Below, piece by piece: positions 17,265 to 30,990 of a stretch of 64,000 bases of DNA. This stretch comes from the human T2T-CHM13v2.0 reference genome, Homo sapiens: contig CP068257.2 of assembly GCA_009914755.4 (NCBI GenBank), forward strand, positions 25,696,001 through 25,760,000. Direction: 5' to 3'. Each line of letters begins with the position of its first letter. Within the stretch, counting starts at the first letter, position 1. Position numbers and translations under genes: made by a program. The notes beneath the pieces were generated by a model, which was not told the origin of the DNA, made no database searches, and was given only the letters and a program-made list of their open reading frames with translations.

Positions 17265-17480
17265 TATGTATTTAATGATATTAATATTTTTAGGTATTGT
17301 AGAAATAGAACAAGTTTTTCAATGACAGAAAATGAAACTTTGAGAATTTATGGAATCTAGTTTTACAGTTTATATATGGAATATAGTATGTATTTAATGA
17401 TATTAATATTTTTAGGCATTGTAGAAATAAAACAAGTTTTTCAATGACAGAAAATGAAACTTTGAGAATTTATGGAATCT
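17265..17480. repeat. Two-copy tandem duplication, ~112-bp period, copies ~96% identical
   Basis: tatgtatttaatgatattaatatttttaggtattgtagaaatagaacaagtttttcaatgacagaaaatgaaactttgagaatttatggaatctagtttta at 17265-17364 repeated at 17377-17476 (gc/at and a/g differences only). Confidence 0.9.
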
Positions 17481-18399
17481 GGTTTTATGGCAAGCTAATA
17501 ACAATTACCAGTGAGGTAGGTGTTAATGTTGTTATTGAACACCTGCAAAAGGTTATCACCAAACATTTAATCAAGGGTTTGGAATTTTATTTTTTTTACC
17601 AAAAATGTGTCACACATAAGAAATGCATGGATCTGAAAACCATTCTCATTGAAAGATAATTCAAATTTAATAATAAGGATAAATTTATAGAACTAGCTAC
17701 TGGTGGAATCACTGAAGTTGTGTTTTGAAAGCACATCATCACTTACTTCATTTTTGGATATCAGTTAAAAACATACATGGTGAGCTAGATGAAATTACTT
17801 TAAAGGCTCTTGCTCTGTTTCTAACAATACAGCTCCACAGATTGTTTTGGGCACAATGAGTGTCACTAAAACAGGAACCTAGAAATAGTGCAGATAATTA
17901 TGAGTAAATGAACGTTGTGAATAAAACGTAGCCTAGACATGTTAACGGAAGAAATGAACTGTTTGCATTTATTCATATCAAAATCTTTAAATGTGTTTAT
18001 ACAAAGTATTCTCAAAGTGTGCATATAAGTTTTCATTGAATGAAATCACATTTCACTTATACATTTTGTTTAGCTGAGATTGTAGAAAGACAAATAGTAT
18101 ATTAGCAATTCTCAATATTAATGGCTATGTATATACTCTTAATAAAAATATATAGTCTTTTGGAAATTATTTTCTTCATATACCATATTTGTTCTGATTA
18201 TATGTATAAAAATGGAGAGATATTCCTGATTCTACAAAAAGGTTTTGCAGTTTATGTATCTTTGTTTAATTTTAGTTTTCTAGTAATTTATTTTCATCAT
18301 ATTTTTCCATAGTATTCATTCACAATAAATTAAAATACTGGCTCTTTGCAATAAATACTACTTTTACCTTTTTAGTTTTGAAATAATTACAGATTCATT

Positions 18400-18780
18400 A
18401 GAAGTTGGGAAGATAGTACAGAGAAGTCCCATGTAACTTACATCAAGTTTCTTCCAAAGGTTACATCTTACAGAACTCTATACAATAAAAAACAGAATGT
18501 TGACATTAATACCATGTATGTATAGAGTATTTTCATTTTATCACTGTTAGATTGGTATGACGACCACTCCAATCAAGATAACACAAAGATCTTACAGCGC
18601 GACCTCTTTAGAGTCTCATCCATCCCCTTCCACCTCCGATGTCCATAAACCCTGGAAAACAAAAATTTGTTCTTCCATGTCCATAGTTTTTTCATTTCAA
18701 TAATGTTGTATTTTTAGGCTGTTGAGGAACCTCTATACAGTTTTCCATAATAGAAATTCTTCAAAAAAACTAAAAATATG
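18400..18780 (-). mobile_element. L1M 3'UTR fragment in antisense orientation
   Basis: …cttccaaaggttacatcttacagaactctatacaataaaaaacagaatgttgacattaatacc… and …tccatccccttccacctccgatgtccataaaccctggaaaacaaaaatttgttcttccatgtccatagttttttcatttcaataatgttgtattttt match the antisense of the L1MB/MC 3'UTR (tggtaacatcttgcaaaactatagtacaatatcacaaccaggatattgacattgatac… / cccctggcaaccactaatctgttctccatttctataattttgtcatttcaagaatgttatat…). Confidence 0.7.
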
Positions 18781-18789
18781 GCGTTCTTA

Positions 18790-19400
18790 AAATGACAAAA
18801 TTATAAAAAATGGAGAACAAATTTTACCATTTGATCCAGAAATCCCATTTCTGAGATTTCTAAAAAATTCCGTATATCTAAAAGATATCTGCATTCCCCA
18901 TGTTCATCACAGTATTGTCTATAATAGACATGGGATCAATCTATGTCCATCAACAGATGAATTGATAAAGAAAACATGGTATTTATAAACAATGGAATAC
19001 TACTCAGCCTCGATGAAGAAAATTCTGTCATTTGCAACAACATAGTTGAATCTGGAAGACATCATGCAAAGTGAAATAAACCAAGTACAGAAGAGAAAAA
19101 CTGCATGTTCTCACTTATATGCAAAACTAAAACAATCTAAGAAGCAGATAATAGAAAAGAGGTTACCAGAGCCTGGAGGTGAGGCAGGGATGAGAGTGAA
19201 AGGAAGAATGATGATATGTCAGTCAAAAGATCAATTTGAAGTTAAATAGGAGGAGTAAATAATGAGTATTTAAGGTGCTAGATATATAAACTTATTTGAT
19301 TCAATCATCTCACACTGTATATGATAGATATATACATGACTGTGTCTCCTATAATTATATATAATTATAATTCAAAAATAATTAAAGCTATTAAAAAAGA
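18790..19400 (+). mobile_element. L1M 3' end (ORF2 C-terminus and 3'UTR), sense orientation
   Basis: …ccatttgatccagaaatcccatttctgag…tatctgcattccccatgttcatcacagtattgtctataatagacatgggatcaatctatgtccatcaacagatgaattgataaagaaaacatggtatttataaacaatggaatactactcagcctcgatgaagaaaattctgtcatttgcaacaacatagttgaatctggaagacatcatgcaaagtgaaataaaccaagtacagaagag…gcatgttctcacttatatgcaaaactaaaa…. Confidence 0.8.
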
Positions 19401-22400
19401 AACGAATGTTGTATTAATAGAATATTGAAGTATGTAATATTTTTAGATTTTTTTTTTACTCCGAATAAATCCCTTGAGATCTATTTAAGCACTGGAAGTT
19501 AGAATTCTAACATGCATTTTAGTAGAACACAATTCAACTCATAACAATACAATTATGGCTGACATTGGTCTGTAATTTTCTTTTTCTTTAAGGTATTTTT
19601 CAACTTTTCATGTAGTATTAGCCTGATCTTATATAATAATAGTCCCTCCTCCTCTTTTTTTGCTGAAAAAGTGTGTATAACCTTGATTTTATTTATTTAG
19701 TTTTAGACAGAATTTACCAGTACAACTATCTCAGCGTGGAACTTTCTTTATGGAGACAAATTTAATTGCCTTAATGGAGATTAGGATTACTCAGATTTTC
19801 TTTCTTATTGTTAATTTTGATAAATTGTATTTTTTAAGAAAGTTGTCTATTTGTTTTATTTTGTCAAGTTTGTTGGTATATCATTCTTAATAACATTCTA
19901 CACTATTCTTTAATGTTTGTAGTATTTAATGCCTTTGATTACACTGCTATCATTAAAAGGTATTAACCCACTTTTCCAACCACGCTATTATAATGAATAG
20001 AACTTCCTCGTAAGAATTTCTTCATCATTCATTCTTTCAGTATATTCACTAAACATCCTGTAAATCCCAGAAAACAGAGGCCGGGACAGATTAGATGTAC
20101 TTTCTGCCTTCACAGAGCCAATGGTCTAGTGGATTATGTGGCTATTAAGTAAGAATTTGGAAGTGTGTTTGGTATAATGATATGAAGACCATATGTTTCA
20201 AGAAAACTTTAATGAGTCTAAAGGGTAAATAGAATTTAGTTAAACAAAGAGAAGAAGAAAGCACTGTCTAGTCAAATAGAAAGCTAAAGAAAAATTTCAG
20301 AAGCAAGAAATGATGAAGTATAATCCAAGAAGTTAAATTAAAAAAAAAAATCAGCATTGCCAGATATAGACTGCAAAAGGGGGAGACAGCAATAAGAAAT
20401 TATACTGAATAAGTATGTGTGGCCAAAGGATACAGTGCTTGTAAGTGTTCATGAGATGCGACATTTTCCTAAATGGGATGGGAAAGTATTAAATTCTTTT
20501 TAGCACATGGAAGTAATTATCAGATTTGCATTTTCCAAATGTTACTGAGGACTTGACGTATAGAAAGTATCGGCAAGAAAGCAGACTGTAAGCAAGGAGG
20601 TGAATTAAGACTTTGTTCCGATGACCTACACAAAAGATGATGATGGCTTGACCAAGAGGTAACAGGGCAGTTTTAGAAAAGGAGATGGATATGTCTACCA
20701 GAATTGACTCAACCTTATGATTGATTGAAATTGCCAAGTAAGGGAGACAATGCAATCAAGAGTGACACATAGATTTCTGGCTTAGGTAATTAGGTAGATG
20801 GGGTTGACATAAAACGAGAAACCTACAGGGGGAAATGTTCTCCCAGGGAGAGTGTTATTTTTGAACAGGATGAATTTGAATGGGCTCTAGGCTACCTAGT
20901 AGAAAAATTATGTAATATAATCAACTTACTTGAACTCTGTTGAGTTTGAAATAGGTAGCTTCATATTGATACCTATGCTCAATGCTTAGCTTTACAGGTG
21001 CTGGCAAAAAGAAAGTGGGTATGAACTGGTTTGGGGTTTTGCCAGAGTTCTTGGAAGAGCAGAATTCAGAGAGATCAAATATTCTCCAAGTAATTAAAGA
21101 TTGGGTCATGAAATCTAAGCTTGATGGGTTGAAAAATAAGGAGAAAAGAATAGTGGGTGTAGAAAAAGTAGAGAGAGCCAATGAGATATAAGTCTCAGGG
21201 AAGTGGAGAAAGAGTTCCAGTGGAAGAAGATTAACAGAGTAACTTGAAAAAAGGAAAATTGTAGTTAAAAATTGAATGTATTTGTCTGGAACTTCTGACG
21301 CTATCCTGGATGGGTGATGAAATTTTGAATGATGAGAGAGGAAAAGACAAATGTGTAGAGGAAGAAGAGCAGACATGAGAGCCTTGAGTGAGACTCTTAG
21401 AACTTCCTACAAATGTCTTTGTAATTGGACTCATGTGTCATCTCCTCTATGAAACTGCAGGTCGCTTAATGTCCAGGTCTGTACCTTACTCTCCCTTCAA
21501 TCAACAGACGAGCCCACTAGCATGCTGTCATGTGTAAAACAAGGACTCCATAACTAAATCTTGTATCAATAAATGAATGTGGTGATTTGTCTAAAAGTCA
21601 GATTATAAAATTACTCAATAACAACCACAGAGCAAGTAGTTCCAAAATGATATAATTCCCAGAATTTTATAGAACATCATTGATTATCTCATAGCCAGAA
21701 AAATTCCAAATCTTTTCATGGCTTGTTATCTTCTTGAATTGCCTACTAAATCCTACTGATAAGGTCCTTATAGAGAAGTAATTCTACAGTAGTGTGATTA
21801 CCAGGTATTAAAGTCTTAAGAAAAAAAAAGATTTCCTATAGCAATAGCTTCATATACAAAATTTTAGAAATAAAGCAGTAGAAAGCATTAACACAGGCCT
21901 AGGACAACTCTAAGCAGGAAATAAAACCTTATATTTTATTTTCATTTTTATTTTCATAGAGAGTAGCAGAAGGGCACCCCTTCTTGAGAATCAGCTTCAA
22001 AGGGTGAACAATACTGTCTTTACTTAACAGACAGCCTTTTTAAAAAACAACCTTGAGAGTATCATGCAAACTGACTTTTTAATGGTTTTGGGCAACATGT
22101 TTACATTTTAAACTTGTGGGTTTGCATTTTTCTTTATTTTCAAAGTTCAATCTGTCAGCTGGTTGGAATTTGTAATTTATGGCTCTGCAGCAATCCAAAG
22201 TTCCTTATCCTTAAGTGATCCCATTCCCATGGAAGTTTATGTTAGAGAGATTTCTAAAAAATCTTAAAAGTAAAGACAATATTTTGGAATCATTATGTGA
22301 TGTTTCTAAATATGTTCTTCTATGTTGATATCCCTGTAATTTTTGAAAGATCTTTGATACTACACAATGAGGAAAAAAAGAAATCTTAATCAATGAAATG

Positions 22401-23723
22401 TCAAGTCCTTAAAATATCTCCCGTAATACTTCCCTTCTGAGTATTTTATTTCAGCTTCAGATGTGTATTTTTCCTCTTAAGTTAATTTCTCTAATCCTTA
22501 TTGATTCCCTACTATATGCTTGTTACTTCACATAACATTAATAATTAAAAAGAGAAATAATATCAATAACAGTCTCTAACTTGAAGTGTTTATGGTCAGT
22601 TGCAGTGAAAATCAACATCAAAACAGGTAATATGAAGTTTAGGACACATTGTTGGGACTACCAGCCAAAAGTCTGGTGAGGTTGAAGATACAATAACATA
22701 TAGAAGAATACACTGATCATCATTCAGCTGTGTTTTATTTGAGTAAGCTAAACTGCTTTACTTTTATCTAATGCAGAATTTTTTAACGTTGTATTTATTT
22801 GCTTAAAACAAAAGAGTTACTCTATACAAGTTTTGTAGTCTGTGATTTCTTTTTGAAACCTTTCAGGATTAAATCAAAATATGGCTTCAGAGTTATAACA
22901 GTAACTTAAAAGCACAGAAGCCAAATATTTACCAGAACTGTAAAACTGTAAAACTAAAGTGTAAAACACTTCAGTTTAAAACTATTCACATTATTTCTAG
23001 CTTGAAAGTGCTAGAAATACATCAAAATTGGCCTTTATTAATTGAGAAGTTAATTTGACATGTTAGTGACATTTCTCCAGGTTAATGTATTTATTGCAAG
23101 AAAATGTGGGTGCTTTATAGGAAAATATTTGCTTAATTTAGGTGAACTATTTTTTTCTTATTTTATTTCTAAGATTTTGTAGAAAGAGAAAATCTCATAT
23201 TCTGTTTCTCGTTGGTTTCTCATTGGTATAAGTGTGCCCCACGGAGCATTGACTCATTCACATTTCACATAGAGGATGTGTAATTTGGCCCCTCTGGGTA
23301 GAGAGAAGCAGATACCCGTGGGTCCAGCATGACCATGTGAAGGTAAGTCTTTCCTTGTCAGCCAATGCATCGCATGAGGGTGCCAAACTTCTACTGGTGG
23401 TAGAGCAGGGGGAGTAGTCTGGACCTGGGAAGTCCCTGAGTTATCGTTACGTCTGTCCCTTAGAAAATAGGCAAGGGCCAGGATCAAAGACAGGATGAAT
23501 ACATAAGCTGGTAGGTATGGGAGGATTTTATATGATGCGTAACTAGGTCTACAACACTATCATTTTTTATTGTTTTTAAAAAACCTTGATATCCTTCTTC
23601 ACACGGAGTTAGTGGTTTTGTTCTTCAGCTACTTGCACTGAGGCTATAAACTTGTTCAGACTTTACCTTCTGTCTCACAGTATCAGCTATATTGATGATG
23701 GTGGCAATTGCTGTAAAATACAA

Positions 23724-23850
23724 CCCCCTAGATGTTAGTGGAGAGTAAAATTTATTCTTGCTCCATCAAGTTCAGTGCAGATATAGTCAGCCTTCAGCGG
23801 TGCTCTTCCCCATGGTGAGCCAAAGTTCCAAGCTCCTCTTATGTAGTTAT
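23724..23850. repeat. Copy 1 of a ~125-bp dispersed direct repeat (copy 2 at 25183-25305, ~85% identical)
   Basis: ccccctagatgttagtggagagtaaaatttattcttgctccatcaagttcagtgcagatatagtcagccttcagcggtgctcttccccatggtgagccaaagttccaagctcctc vs cccctctagatgtcagtggagagtaaaatttatccttactccatcaagttcaatgcagacattcagccttcagaggtgctgttcccaatcatgagccaggggtccaggttcctc. Confidence 0.8.
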
Positions 23851-25182
23851 CTTCTACTGTTGCTAAGTATTTCAGAGTCATCTGGAGTCCTGAAGTCTTC
23901 TACAAATCCCTTCCATTTGGACATCAAACAAGAGAAGAAGGACCTTTAATGAAATAACTTACATTTTTTCTACCAATATCCCATCAGCCGAAACTACTCT
24001 CTCTCCCCACTCCTCCAACACTCTGGAATATAAAACAGATTTATGAGTAACCACCACTCTATTAGGTGCACTTTGAATTTAGTTCTTTCAAAGAGAAACG
24101 GGAATGGGACTGTAGCCACCTCAAGAAATGATACTGGCAAAAGACACATTTGGTATTCCTATTTTATTGCCACAATATGCTGAATTTTGTCTATATTAAG
24201 GAAAAGGTATGCTGTATATCTATCAAGGTATATTGTGCTTGGAGATATGTAATACTCTTTGGAAGATTTTACCTTCTTCACTATTAAGGGAATTGGATTT
24301 TCCAGTCATTGTAAACTGATATTTTGTAACGTTTAATTCCATGCCATAAAAATAATATCAGGGAAAACAATAGCTGTAAGAAATTTATCAAATGCCTCAT
24401 CTTAGCTCATTCTTCAAAAGGCGTATTAGTCTAGTTGGACTTCCATGAAGGTAATAAAAGTGGTAAATATCCAGCTAACATTTTGTAAGCTGAAAAAATT
24501 TTTCTCCGAAAGTAAAATACAGGTCACTGTGTGGTAAAAGAAAATACTCATACTAGCAGAGTACTTAATATAGTAGTTTTATGTGGAAAACATGATGTCT
24601 TTACTAGGTGTAGTTAGTGCTTAGCACATAATGTTATGAATGCATGTCTGCTAAACAGTGCGTTTCTGGCTATCTATAAATATCTGCTTTTGCTTGTATG
24701 ACCTGAATATTAATGGCAAACTTTCCTATAGAATTAAAATGATTAATGAGACTCCTGACTAAGCTGGGGACCTAATTATTTAAGGCCAATTTTGTAATGT
24801 TCACTTAGCTCTCATGTCAATTACTGTATTTCCAAAAGGAGACCCACCAATTGCTAATTATATCAATATTCATATAATCCGATGACAAATTCTCACATTT
24901 TGTGGACGATTGCATCTTCCAAAATGGCCCGTCTTTCATGCTCTTGTTAATGTGATCTTGATTTTCCTCCCATTGCCCATGGTAATGTGCTGCCACCCCT
25001 AACCCCAAGTGTTTCAGCAGAGTAGATTTTTGTGACTATTTCAACCAATAGAATAAGCTAAAATGACGCCATGACAATTCCAAGGTCTGGTTGTAAAAAT
25101 GCTAGGCATATTCACTTTGTTCTCTGAGGATGTTTGCTGTCAGCCACCATGCTAGAAAGAAGTCCAAATCTTCCTCTCCAAA

Positions 25183-25305
25183 AACACCCCCTCTAGATGT
25201 CAGTGGAGAGTAAAATTTATCCTTACTCCATCAAGTTCAATGCAGACATTCAGCCTTCAGAGGTGCTGTTCCCAATCATGAGCCAGGGGTCCAGGTTCCT
25301 CTAAA
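25183..25305. repeat. Copy 2 of the ~125-bp dispersed direct repeat (copy 1 at 23724-23850)
   Basis: See copy 1; same orientation, 1.46 kb downstream. Confidence 0.8.
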
Positions 25306-26449
25306 TAAACTTCTAGGTAAAAATATTTCTAAATAAACTAACATGTTTTGCCCATTTTTAAATTGGAGTTTTAGAAAAGCTATTACTGAGTTTACAACTA
25401 TTATTAAGATATGAATTAGACAAGAAGAGGTCACTTTAGGAGTTCTAATGCACAGCTCGGTTTAGGTTTCAGCCAACAACCTGCGTCAACAACCACACAT
25501 GTGAGGAAAGATGTCTTCTGAAGATTCCAGCCTCCAGCCAGCAAGCCTTTCCAAGTATAACCCTAGGTATTGTGGAGAAGAGGCAAGCCATGCTGAACCT
25601 CAGAATCCGTGACAGTAATTTACTAGAATCCAATATTAGTAAAATAGTATTTTTTGTAAATACTAGATTTGAGATAATTTGTTATGTAGCCATGGTAACT
25701 GAAACATTCTTTATTTAAACATAACTAGATCCCAACTTTCCATTAAACTTTTTCATTAGTGTTTTTCCTAACTTTAACAGTATTTACATACATACTTTAT
25801 CTTCAATTGTTCCAGTTGACTTGACTTCCACCAACTATATAGCACAGAAAAATTCTCCTTTAAAAATTATAAACATACATTCAGTCTTCAGGTTGACCCT
25901 GGTTTTCTTTCTGAATATTTTTGACTTAACTGCTGTTACACGTTTGATTATACAATACACTAGATTATGTAAGAGTAAAATTATTATTGATAATTTCTAA
26001 ACTAATAGATTTAGTTCAGGGTCATAGCACTAATAGTCCCAGTGCATAGCATAGGACTTACACATGGTAAATGGTCAATAAATATTGCATGAATAAATGC
26101 ATGCACAGACACTTTTAATCTGTTTTGAAAATTTAGTTAGAATACTGTAAAAAAAAACTATGTAATATTCACTGTTAATTCTAAATGCAGATTTGAGATT
26201 TAGATTATATGTGCTTTTATAGTCTTATTCATTTGACCATTTAAATATTTGACTATGAAATTGAATAAATTTGTATTACTATCTCATCCTATATTATAAA
26301 AACTGTAACTTATTATTTTTGTGGCTTATTATTCACTTATTAAAACTATTCTGGTCATTTCAATAATGGTGATGATGATAACAATAGCAGCTAGTGTTTC
26401 TTGGACACTTACTTGTACCAGAAATTGTCCTAAGTTCTTCTTGTGCTAC

Positions 26450-27720
26450 TAAATTAATTTACATGTATTGGGATATAATTTACTCATAGACAAATTCATT
26501 CCTTTTGGTTGTACAGTTCTATGCATTCTGATAAATGCATGTAGTCAAGAAATCATCATTACATTTAAGACATAGAACATTTCCATCATCTAAAAAAATT
26601 CCCTTATGCAAGTTTGTGGTCAATTCTTTCTCCCATATTCAGCCCTTAACAAACAATGGTCTCTTTTCTGTCCATATAGTTTTGCCTTTTCCAAAATGTC
26701 ATACGAGTGAAATCATACTATATGCACTACCATTTGCTTCTGGTTTATTTCAATTAGTCTAATACTTTTGTGAATCATTAATGTTGTTGCATTGCTGTTT
26801 TTTATTCCGTTGTTTAGATGTACCATAATTTGTATAAATATTTTCCTTATTGATGGACATTTGGCTTTAATTTGGGTAATTAGGAGCAAGACTGATATAA
26901 GCATGGGTGTATAGATATTTATACAAACATATGCTTTCAATTCTCTTTTATATCCACCTAGGAGTGGTATTGCTGTGTTGTATGCTGAATAGATGTTTAA
27001 CTTTATGAGAAAGCATCAAAGTATTTTCAAAAGTAGCTGCATCATTTTCAAAAATAGCTGTGTCATTTTGCATTACCACTAGCATTGCATGAGATTTCCA
27101 ATTGATCTGCATGCTCACCACAACTTGATACTACCAGTTTTGTTTTAAAGCCATTCTAACAGATGTACGCTACCACATCGTGGTCTTAATTTGCATTTCC
27201 CTAAATAAAATGATGTATAGAATCATTTCACATGTTAATGTGCATCCACATATTTCCTTGAATAAAGTTTTATATTTTGCCCATTTTTAATTTTTTATCA
27301 TTATTCAGTTGTGAAAATTTTAAATATATTTTTAGTAACAGACTTTCATTTTATATATATATATGTTTTGAAATGTTTTCTACCAGACTGTGACTTTTTC
27401 TTTGATTTTTTTAACAGTGTCATTCAAAGAGCAAATCGTTCTTTTTTTTTAAATTTTGTTGAATGCCAATATATTTCATTTTCCTTTTATGATTCGTGTT
27501 GCTGGATGTTGAGTCTAAACTTAACCCAAGGTTGTCTCTTGGGTTTTTTTTTTTTTGGACATCTCCTTGGAGATGTTTTATAATTTCTGCATGTGGTGCA
27601 AGGTGTGATTCACATTTATTTTTGCATATAGACGTACAATTTTTGCCACATCATCTGAAAAACCATGTTGAATTATTTCATCTACATAATTCTAGATTTT
27701 ATAATCCTAAAACATGAGAT
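26450..27720 (-). mobile_element. L1M fragment in antisense orientation (3'UTR plus ORF2 C-terminal region)
   Basis: …ggttgtacagttctatgcattctgataaatgcatgtagtcaagaaatcatcattacatttaagacatagaacatttccatcatc… ; …gaaatcatactatatgcactaccatttgcttctggtttatttcaattagtctaatac… ; …ggagtggtattgctg…ttaactttatgagaaag…attgcatgagatttccaattgatctgcatgctcaccacaacttgata…cgtggtcttaatttgcatttccctaa… ; …tttgcccatttttaatt…tgtgactttttctttgatttttttaacagtgtcattcaaagagcaaatcgttcttttttttt…, all matching the reverse complement of the L1M ORF2/3'UTR. Confidence 0.85.
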
Positions 27721-27724
27721 TAAT

Positions 27725-28116
<392 letters not shown>

Positions 28117-29768
28117 GAGAAAAGGCGATTTATTTGCTCCATCAGCTGACAGTTGTTGGCACGTTGTGGAATACAGTATATAAGACCAATATATTTTGTG
28201 GTTGTATTCTCCTTCTTTTATGTTAATCATTTGTGTAAAATGATTCCCTTTATCTGAAGAGATTATAAGCAGAATCCTGTGTGATGGCTCAAATATTTAG
28301 TAAACTTTGTGGTAGTGTAACTGGCTTAGGTCTTGAGGTTAGGAACAGGAAGCCAATACCTAAAATATAATCAAGGTGAATCATGTCCCTTTTAGAGCAG
28401 AAGTCCAAGGGTAGCAACTTGCTACCAAATGCCTGGTTGGTTATCTTAAGGTGCCATATCAGAGACTGACAGTTGATCTCAGTTGCTAAGGTATTGGGAA
28501 TTTTACTAGAGAAGTAGCCAGATCAACCTTATTGAGTGGGATTCTGTGCTGTCAGGCCCTGCATGGCTCCATCTCCACTACCGCGGCTACCCTGTGCTTG
28601 AGTCTCTGCTGCAGCAAAAGGGTGTCTGAGCATAGATGCGATGCTGGCTGATATCAACAAGCTGCTGTTAAATCTGCACTGTTAGTGCCTCTTCTTTGTG
28701 AATGTTCTGTGGTGGGTATTAAAATGTCATACATAGATCTTTATACTTTGTTCCCATTACTGTAAGTTCATCTGCGTGTCCCAGTTCTTCCAATCTTTTT
28801 CCTTCAAGCTCTATCAAACCAATCAAACCATTAGCTTCTGTAAATGTGTCTGTACATACTCCTACCATGGACTTTCTATTTCCATGTAAAGTGGATGACA
28901 ACTTATACCACCCTAAGATCTGCCTATTGGGTAAATGTATAATCACCAGTCGTTTTGCAACATCTATGAGTGGGACTATTGTATAACAATAACTGATTTT
29001 CAGTTTGAACCCGCTTACAAAGGTGAGGCCCTTGGGAAACAAACTCAACCTTTTTCCTCCTCTGTCAGATGGCTGTAAAAAATCTCCCCCACACCAAAAG
29101 AGAGATGCTGGGTGCAACAAGGAAGAATGAAATGGTCTGGGCGACCCGCTGTGTAGATTAATCTCACCCTCCAAGATTCTTTGTGCCTGATCCCATATAT
29201 ATTGCTTTCTTCTTAAAATGCATTGTTGCTAGGCCTTCTTGACTTTGGAGCTTGTGAAAATAACATATATACAGTGCAAGATGGGCAGTTGTGGTCACAT
29301 GGTCACTTGATGTGCTGGGTTCAGCTGCTCAGTCTCTACCAGAGCCCTTTTACTTGCTGGGAGATGCGTTCTGAATGCAGACACGGATGTATGACTTAAA
29401 TACAGAATCCCAGGATTCTCTCTTGTGGTTCTGAGACCAGAGCTTGTCACAATTGCAAAAGAAGAAAAATAATTTTTCTTCAACCCTCATAAATTCTTAG
29501 TTAAAAAGGACCACTGTAACAAAGAACAGATTAACAAGAGGAAAACAAACAGAAGTTCATTAACATGTATATTTCATACAGATGTGTGAGACACCCAGGG
29601 AATGAGTAATTTTCAAAAAGGTGGCTTTGAATTTCTATTTGCATATCTAGCATCTTAAAAAAAAAACAGTAAATTTTTAGATAAGTACTAAGACACAGGA
29701 AAAGGACTTTGAGACTCTAGAAGCAGCAACTTGTGGGAAGGCAAATAAACAGCAGATAAAAGCTAATT

Positions 29769-30688
29769 ACCACATCTCATTTCTGTTGGTCCGTATCTCC
29801 ATGCACAGCAGAGACAGTGAAAACCCAAGCATGCATCTTCTCAGTGAGTCAGCCCACCTTCCTTCGAGTGTTGGTGAAGATGACTTGCCTGGGTGATGGT
29901 CAGAGTTTCATACAAGTCACGCAGTGTGTCCAGCTTCCACTTCTCTTGTTCCACATTGATGCAGAATTGGTGGATACTCTCCAGAATCAACTCTTCCTTC
30001 TTGACCAGAATCCAAATGGGGTCCCTCATGAACTTCTTGGTCACCTCAAGCACATAAGAAAGCATTGTAGCTGACAGCAAACTACCTGGGTGTTGCTGTT
30101 AAACTTTGGAATATGACATAGATCTGGTCCTTGAATCCACGGCTTAACATTTCATCAGCTTTGTCCAGTACAAGCATTTTGATGTATTTGGGAGACAGGT
30201 ATCTCCAGTGAACCATATCAAACATGCATCCAGGGGTATGCATGATGACATGGGGAGCTTCCATCTGCAATTTCTGCACCTCAGTACACACATTGGTGCC
30301 CCCAATACAGGCATTACAAGAGGTACTCATGTAGTCTCCAGGTGTTATGACCACCTTCTGTATCTGCTGAGCCAGTTCTGTAGTGGGTGCTAAGACCAAG
30401 GCCTGGGTGGCTGTTAGATCTAACTCAATCTGTGGCAGAATCGATATGACAAGTGTGGCCATTTCCCCAGTCCCAGGTTGGGCTTGAGTGATCACATCAT
30501 AACCCTTGACACAGGTAGAATGGCTCGCTGCTGGATGGCAGAGGGTTTCTCAAAACCATAGGCATAGATGCCACGGAGAAGAAACTCCTACAGTTTCATG
30601 TCATCAAAGCTGTCAACCATCTCATTCTAGTTACTCTCGATGATGCCTTTGGGCTCCATGCCATCAGGGTCATTGTCTCAGGATGGGG
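29769..30688 (-). pseudogene. EIF4A1: Processed (intronless) pseudogene fragment of EIF4A1 (DEAD-box helicase eIF4A-I), covering roughly codons 9-295 of 406, with frameshifts and stops, truncated at both ends
   Basis: Minus-strand translation gives …RDNGPDGMEP.G.IESN.NE.VDSFDDM.L…AIQQRAILP…[131 protein letters not shown]…[96 protein letters not shown]…. The residues [20 protein letters not shown] and YIKMFVLDEADEML identify eIF4A1 rather than eIF4A2. The match spans several exons with no introns. Confidence 0.9.
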
Positions 30689-30990
30689 AATCCTGACTCA
30701 CACCTACAATCCCAGCACTTTGGGAGGCGTAGGCAGGCGGATCACTTGAGTTCAGGAGCTCAAGACCAGCCTGGCCAACATGCTGAAACCCTGTCTCTAC
30801 CAAAAATACAAAAATTAGCTGAATGTGGTGGTGCATGCATGTAATCTCAGCTACTCAGGAGGCTGAGGCAGGAGAATCGCTTGAACATTTAAACCTGGGA
30901 GGCGGAGGTAGCAGTGAGCCGAGATCTTACCACTGCACTCCAGCCTGGGTGACAGAGACTCTGTCTTTAAAAAAAAAAAAAAAAAAAAAA
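30689..30990 (+). mobile_element. Alu (AluS-like) with a 22-nt poly(A), abutting the 5' end of the EIF4A1 fragment
   Basis: …tcctgactcacacctacaatcccagcactttgggaggcgtaggcaggcggatcacttgagttcaggagctcaagaccagcctggccaacatgctgaaaccctgtctctaccaaaaatacaaaaattagctg…gcactccagcctgggtgacagagactctgtcttt(a)22. Confidence 0.9.

Noticed and set aside
20921-21376. 151-aa minus-strand ORF (MSALLPLHICLFLSHHSKFHH…)
   Set aside because: Low-complexity Ser/Leu/Phe-rich translation of AT-rich sequence inside a probable ancient LINE relic. No recognisable domain, no splice or promoter context.
29841-30495. 137-aa and 79-aa minus-strand ORFs with strong eIF4A similarity: could this be a functional EIF4A1 paralogue or retrogene?
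   Set aside because: The homologous region is intronless and lacks both the start and the C-terminal ~110 codons. It has frameshifts (two ORFs in different frames) and many radical substitutions in conserved helicase motifs (for example PTRELAQQ→[17 protein letters not shown]→[16 protein letters not shown]→DKADEML). It is interrupted at the 5' side by an Alu. It is a dead processed pseudogene fragment.
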